Shown in pieces: positions 59,568-64,000 of a stretch of 64,000 nucleotides of DNA (within the stretch, counting starts at the first letter, position 1; every line of letters begins with the position of its first letter). The translations under genes and the position numbers were made by a program. Location: the IMG/VR virus record IMGVR_UViG_3300030294_000005, positions 172,185-236,184 of that record; one strand, written 5' to 3'. A model generated the notes under the pieces. The model saw only the letters and a program-made list of their open reading frames with translations. It made no database searches and had not been told where the DNA came from.

Positions 59568-61241
59568 TTATATGGATCAATTGGTCAAGTATCTTGCTTA
59601 TATTATAATGTTAATATTGCATCATCTGTTACAGTTCAAGGTAGATCATGTATATCAACAGCAATGCTTCAATTTGAAATGTTTCTAGCAAATAATTCTA
59701 ATTTTGGATCTCTTAATGAAGTAATTACATTTATAGATAATATAGTTACTGAAAAAAGAGAATATTCTGATAGATTAATATTAGATAATGATATAACTAT
59801 GACTGAAAGTTTTAATAAGGTAATGATGACTTGTGGATTTGATTATATACCATCAGAGGAAGATCTATTAATAGTATGGGAAATATTTGGTAGATTAAAA
59901 CAAGAAGACTGGAATAGATTATATTATAAGAATAATCTATATGATTTTGTAAATAATAGATCTATGACAAATGCATTAATTTATATATTAACAGAATTAC
60001 ATGAACCATTCTTAGATCCAAATGATGTACCATCAGAAATAAAAGTAGAGTTAGATGAATTTTTATCATTTCTAAAAGAATACGTTTATTATTCATATCA
60101 GATAATAGATAGATTAGATAAAGCAGAAAATATGATAAGAAAAGTAGTAGCTCTAGGAGATACTGATTCAAATATAGTTTCATTAGATGCATGGTATAGA
60201 TTTACATTAGATAAAGTAGTGGACATACCAATGGCTATTAAAAAGAAAAAATTAAAAGCAATTTCTTTTTTAGAAACTGATGAATTCGGAGATTCTGATA
60301 AATTAAAAGTAATAGATTTTGTTGAAGATGATAGAGATTATGATTTTAAGAATGATGAGATTATAAGTATTCATAAAAGTATGAATGTATTAAGTATTAT
60401 CCCTCAAGAAGGAGTAAGATATTCTATAATAAATATTATGGCATATTGTCTATATAAATTAATTAATGACTACATGTGTAAATATACACAGAATTCTAAT
60501 TCATATGATCCAAAGAAAAAATGTTTACTTATTATGAAAAACGAATATTTATTTAAACGTGTATTATTAACCCTTGCTAAGAAGAATTATGCAACAATTC
60601 AAGAATTACAAGAAGGTAAATTCTTAAATGGATTATTAGATATAAAAGGATTGCCTATAGCTAAAACTACATTAAATATTAAGACTCAAGAAAAGCTACA
60701 AGAGATTTTATTTGAAGATGTATTAAATTCAGATGAGATAGATCAATTAAGAGTTTTAAAAGATTTAGCTAAAGTAGAGAAAGAAATATTTGATTCTTTA
60801 TTAAGTAAGAATAAAGAATATTATAAACCATTAACTATAAAGTCTATGAATAGTTATGATGATCCATTTAGATTAAGTGGAATAAAAGCAAGTTATGTTT
60901 GGAATGTATTAAGATATGATAATATAGCAGCTATTGATTTAGAAGTTAGAAATAATATAGATGTTATAAAAGTTGATATAACTCAAAAGAATGTAGAAAA
61001 GATAAAAGAATTATATCCAGATGTTTATGATAAAATAATACCATTACTTAAAGAAAAACCTTTTATAAAAGGAATAACAGCAATGGCAGTCCCAAAGAAT
61101 AGCGAGTTACCAGATTGGACATTAGAGTTTATAGATTATCCAACAATAATAAATGATAATCTTAAGAACTTTCCATTAGAGTCTATTGGATTATGTAAAA
61201 TGAATGATACAAATAATTATAGTAATATATTAAAACTATAA
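59568..61241 (+). CDS. Split family-B DNA polymerase part 2, exon 2
   Basis: LYGSIG, VTVQGR, motif C GDTDS, MKNEY, KKNYA, IKGL. Confidence 0.9.
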   Translation, partial: LYGSIGQVSCLYYNVNIASSVTVQGRSCISTAMLQFEMFLANNSNFGSLNEVITFIDNIVTEKREYSDRLILDNDITMTESFNKVMMTCGFDYIPSEEDLLIVWEIFGRLKQEDWNRLYYKNNLYDFVNNRSMTNALIYILTELHEPFLDPNDVPSEIKVELDEFLSFLKEYVYYSYQIIDRLDKAENMIRKVVALGDTDSNIVSLDAWYRFTLDKVVDIPMAIKKKKLKAISFLETDEFGDSDKLKVIDFVEDDRDYDFKNDEIISIHKSMNVLSIIPQEGVRYSIINIMAYCLYKLINDYMCKYTQNSNSYDPKKKCLLIMKNEYLFKRVLLTLAKKNYATIQELQEGKFLNGLLDIKGLPIAKTTLNIKTQEKLQEILFEDVLNSDEIDQLRVLKDLAKVEKEIFDSLLSKNKEYYKPLTIKSMNSYDDPFRLSGIKASYVWNVLRYDNIAAIDLEVRNNIDVIKVDITQKNVEKIKELYPDVYDKIIPLLKEKPFIKGITAMAVPKNSELPDWTLEFIDYPTIINDNLKNFPLESIGLCKMNDTNNYSNILKL

Positions 61242-61246
61242 AAAAT

Positions 61247-61272
61247 AAAGCTGAGATTAATTTCTCAGCTTT
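61247..61272 (+). terminator. Terminator after DNA polymerase part 2
   Basis: aaagctgaga-ttaatt-tctcagcttt. Confidence 0.65.
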
Positions 61273-61374
61273 AATTATGCTATTATAAAAAGTTTTTTAT
61301 AAATATAAACAATCCTTCTAGGAACATAGAAAAAGTATTTCTATTTTAACATTATAATAGGGGGGTGATATTTT

Positions 61375-61536
61375 ATGAAAGATAAAATAGATGATACTGA
61401 ATGTCCAAAATGCAAATCTACCAATACTGAAACTATAGATATATTATATAATGAAGAACTTAGACATTGTAAAGAATGCGGCTCTAAATACCAAGTACGC
61501 TATATACGTGTTGCCTATTGTACTAAGTTACTATAG
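61375..61536 (+). CDS. small Zn-ribbon protein (53 aa; not in ORF track)
   Basis: CPKC...CKEC; GGGGGTG RBS; AACA-N6-TA at 61348-61359. Confidence 0.65.
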   Translation: MKDKIDDTECPKCKSTNTETIDILYNEELRHCKECGSKYQVRYIRVAYCTKLL

Positions 61537-61561
61537 TACAGTAACTACTAATATTATTTCT

Positions 61562-61574
61562 AATTATATATTAT
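61562..61574 (+). promoter_or_regulatory. Putative early promoter upstream of nvRNAP beta' operon
   Basis: AATTATATATTAT exact. Confidence 0.6.
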
Positions 61575-61617
61575 TATATTGTAAGAATTAATGTATAATT
61601 AATGAAAGGAGATAAAT

Positions 61618-61887
61618 ATGATAATAGGAATCAGCGGTGCTGGTAGAACAGGTATGCTAATAAATAAATTATTAAAAGAATCCTATATAGATCCTAATGT
61701 ACAAAAACAATTAATAGATGGAGCTGAGGAATCAGTATGTTTAGCGGATGAGGCTGAAGAAGAATATTCACTTATTATGAAAGATGAATTTTTATTTAAA
61801 CGTGTAGTATCGACTGATACTAAGAAGAATCATGTAATAACTAAAGAAGATAAAGTTTTATATAATAATGATATTAATATAAAATAG
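61618..61887 (+). CDS. small protein containing a copy of a DNA polymerase segment
   Basis: LIMKDEFLFKRVVSTDTKKNH matches pol LIMKNEYLFKRVLLTLAKKNY. Confidence 0.55.
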   Translation: MIIGISGAGRTGMLINKLLKESYIDPNVQKQLIDGAEESVCLADEAEEEYSLIMKDEFLFKRVVSTDTKKNHVITKEDKVLYNNDINIK

Positions 61888-61908
61888 ACTAAAAGAGGAG
61901 CGTTTTAA

Positions 61909-63975
61909 ATGTTAGAAAATCTTAATAACTATGGTCCTTATGCAGAATTGGTAAAGAATAAAAAGATGAAAGTTTATACAAAGGATTTTAATAAAGATAA
62001 TATAGATAATCACTTCTTTTGGATATTAAATATATTTAGAGATGGGATTGAAACTGATGAAGTTCAAAAAGCTTTTGTAAATGTTGAATTTAATAATGCT
62101 GTAAATATAGATTTAACTTTACAAGATTTACTCTTTAATGTACTTATGTGGGATATAATAGTTAAATCAGATATGATAATAGAACCAAAGCATTTATTCT
62201 TTGGAAAATCTATAACACAAAATAGTATTAAGAAATATGTTGATGTATATTTCTTAGAAGAGAAAAGAAAATCTACATCTAATATAAAACTAAATAACAT
62301 GATAGATGATATGATGTTTAAATGGTGTTATATAGATGAGTTTAACGGCTATCTATCAAATACAATAAATTTAGAAGACTTCATTAAACTAATGAAAGAG
62401 AATAGTGAATTCAATAGATTAATACATGCAGATTTAACTGGTACTCCAGTTGAAGAAGTAAAAGCAGTAGGAATGGAATATGCTAATAAGATGATAGATA
62501 TAATACAAAAATCAGATCATTGTTTAGCAGATTTCTTTAATGCTGGCGAAGGTGTAAATCCAAAACAATTTAAAGAAGTAGCAATCAATATAGGAACTAA
62601 ACCAGATGGTAGAGGTGGGGTATATCCTACATTGATAAATACGAACTTTTTAACTGGTGGAGTAAATGATACATTATCATTCTTTATAGAAGAGTCTGGT
62701 GGTAGAGTTGCACAGATTATAGTAGAAGGTAATGTAGGTATTTCAGGATACTTTGCAAGATTGTTAGGACTTAATAATATAGATACTATAATGTATCCAG
62801 ATCATAATTATGTGTGCGATACTAAGAATTTTGAAGAAATATTTATAACTAATGCAATAGTGCAGTCTAAATTTGAAAATAGATATTATAGACTTAGTCC
62901 TAATGGACAAGAATATCTATTGAAAAATACTACCAAAGATCTAGTTGGAAAGAAAATATATCTACGTTCCCCAATGACTTGTGCTTCACATGCTTCAGGT
63001 CATGGGATATGTTATAGATGTTATGGAGATTTAGCATATACAAATAATGATATCAATATAGGAAAAATAGCAGCAGAAGAAGTATCTTCTACACTTACTG
63101 GAAGAATGCTTCAAGCTAAACATCTATTAGAATCTGCAGTAAAAGTATTTAAGTGGCCAGCTGAATTTAATAGATTCTTTGATTTAGATTATGATATTAT
63201 AAAAGTAACTTCAGACGATTCTGTAAACTTAAATAATTATAAATTATTAATAGATAATATTAGTTTGCAAAGTGAATATGAAGATGTAGAATATAATGAA
63301 TACGTTACTAAATTTGAAGTATTATCACCTACTGGTGAAATATTTAATATCCATACTCAAGATGCTGATGAACTTTATATAACATCTGAGTTGAATACAA
63401 TAATAAGAGATAAAGCTACTGAGATAGATGGAAAGGTAGCAGTAGATTTTAAAGATTTATATGAAGCTCCATTGTTTATATTAGAGATTCAGAATTATGA
63501 TCTATCAGCTACATTAAAAGCAATAAAAGATATTATTGATAAAACCGATATAACAAACAACTTAAACAGAAATGATATCCTACAACGATTAGTAGAGACG
63601 TTTATAGAGGGTGGAATCAATGTAATGTCCATTCATGGTGAAGTAATATTAAGTAATCAATTAAGAAATGTAGATAATATATTAGAAAAGCCAGAATGGA
63701 AATATCCAAATGAACCATACAATCTATTGACATTAAAACAATCACTATCAAATAATCCATCTATTATAGTATCATTATCATATGAAGGATTATCGAAAAT
63801 GTTATATAATCCTTTGACTTATAGAAAGAACAAACCTTCCTTTATGGATTTATTCTTCATGAAACGCCCCTCAGCCTATCTATCTGGTAAGGATGCGGTT
63901 AAAAAATATAAAGATGATGGATATATAGAAAAAGATAATAAGAAAGTTATAAGATTTGTAGAAGATCCTAAATAA
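61909..63975 (+). CDS. Non-virion RNA polymerase beta' subunit, C-terminal half
   Basis: Bridge helix GGR...SGYFARLL, Zn site RSPMTC...GICYRCYG, trigger loop IGKIAAEEVSSTLTGRMLQAKH, HGEVILSNQLR. Confidence 0.9.
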   Translation: MLENLNNYGPYAELVKNKKMKVYTKDFNKDNIDNHFFWILNIFRDGIETDEVQKAFVNVEFNNAVNIDLTLQDLLFNVLMWDIIVKSDMIIEPKHLFFGKSITQNSIKKYVDVYFLEEKRKSTSNIKLNNMIDDMMFKWCYIDEFNGYLSNTINLEDFIKLMKENSEFNRLIHADLTGTPVEEVKAVGMEYANKMIDIIQKSDHCLADFFNAGEGVNPKQFKEVAINIGTKPDGRGGVYPTLINTNFLTGGVNDTLSFFIEESGGRVAQIIVEGNVGISGYFARLLGLNNIDTIMYPDHNYVCDTKNFEEIFITNAIVQSKFENRYYRLSPNGQEYLLKNTTKDLVGKKIYLRSPMTCASHASGHGICYRCYGDLAYTNNDINIGKIAAEEVSSTLTGRMLQAKHLLESAVKVFKWPAEFNRFFDLDYDIIKVTSDDSVNLNNYKLLIDNISLQSEYEDVEYNEYVTKFEVLSPTGEIFNIHTQDADELYITSELNTIIRDKATEIDGKVAVDFKDLYEAPLFILEIQNYDLSATLKAIKDIIDKTDITNNLNRNDILQRLVETFIEGGINVMSIHGEVILSNQLRNVDNILEKPEWKYPNEPYNLLTLKQSLSNNPSIIVSLSYEGLSKMLYNPLTYRKNKPSFMDLFFMKRPSAYLSGKDAVKKYKDDGYIEKDNKKVIRFVEDPK

Positions 63976-64000
63976 CAATGAAGGTGAATTAATTGGATAA

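Noticed and set aside
61618-61660. P-loop kinase in the 89-aa ORF (IIGISGAGRTG)
   Set aside because: Lacks the GK[ST] lysine and is too short for a kinase fold.
41-62300. Antisense or alternate-frame ORFs in the track (e.g. 41-451, 515-721, 3640-3837, 6351-6608, 12900-13184, 22765-23181, 31336-31806, 48542-48967, 59962-60192, 62064-62300)
   Set aside because: They overlap well-supported genes, lack RBS and have shadow-ORF composition.
1-64000. CRISPR array, tRNA or rRNA genes
   Set aside because: No regularly spaced repeat-spacer array or cloverleaf recognised by eye; a tRNAscan run would be needed to be certain.
1-64000. Stop-codon reassignment
   Set aside because: Long conserved genes are intact in code 11, and TAA, TAG and TGA all end genes at sensible positions.

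Overview
This very AT-rich 64-kb window is part of a jumbo myophage genome of the phiKZ/AR9(PBS1)-related lineage. The host is probably a Firmicute, most likely Clostridium-like, judging from strong GGAGG Shine-Dalgarno sites, a secreted glucosaminidase and a class II RNR. It encodes pieces of two multisubunit RNA polymerases (three non-virion-type subunits and two short virion-type fragments) and a split family-B DNA polymerase whose second half is interrupted by a group I intron carrying an HNH endonuclease. Other genes include the end of GyrA, a tubulin/FtsZ-family protein, RecA/UvsX, NAD-dependent ligase, SbcC/Rad50, NrdJ, portal, tail tube, tail sheath, large terminase and a mosaic tail-fibre/adhesin region. 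Two promoter classes are readable in the DNA: AATTATATATTAT and AACA-N6-TA, the latter with an AACT variant. The most striking unexplained signal is a short linear motif, roughly K/P-[VIAP]-I-x-F (KVIRF, KIISF, KVISF, SPIKF). It is appended at termini or in insertions, often in 2-4 copies, to both DNA polymerase halves, the ligase, all three nvRNAP subunits, the intron HNH and several small proteins. This suggests a shared docking or targeting system, and a possible clamp-like partner is encoded next to the polymerase. All calls come from reading motifs by eye; no database searches were run.
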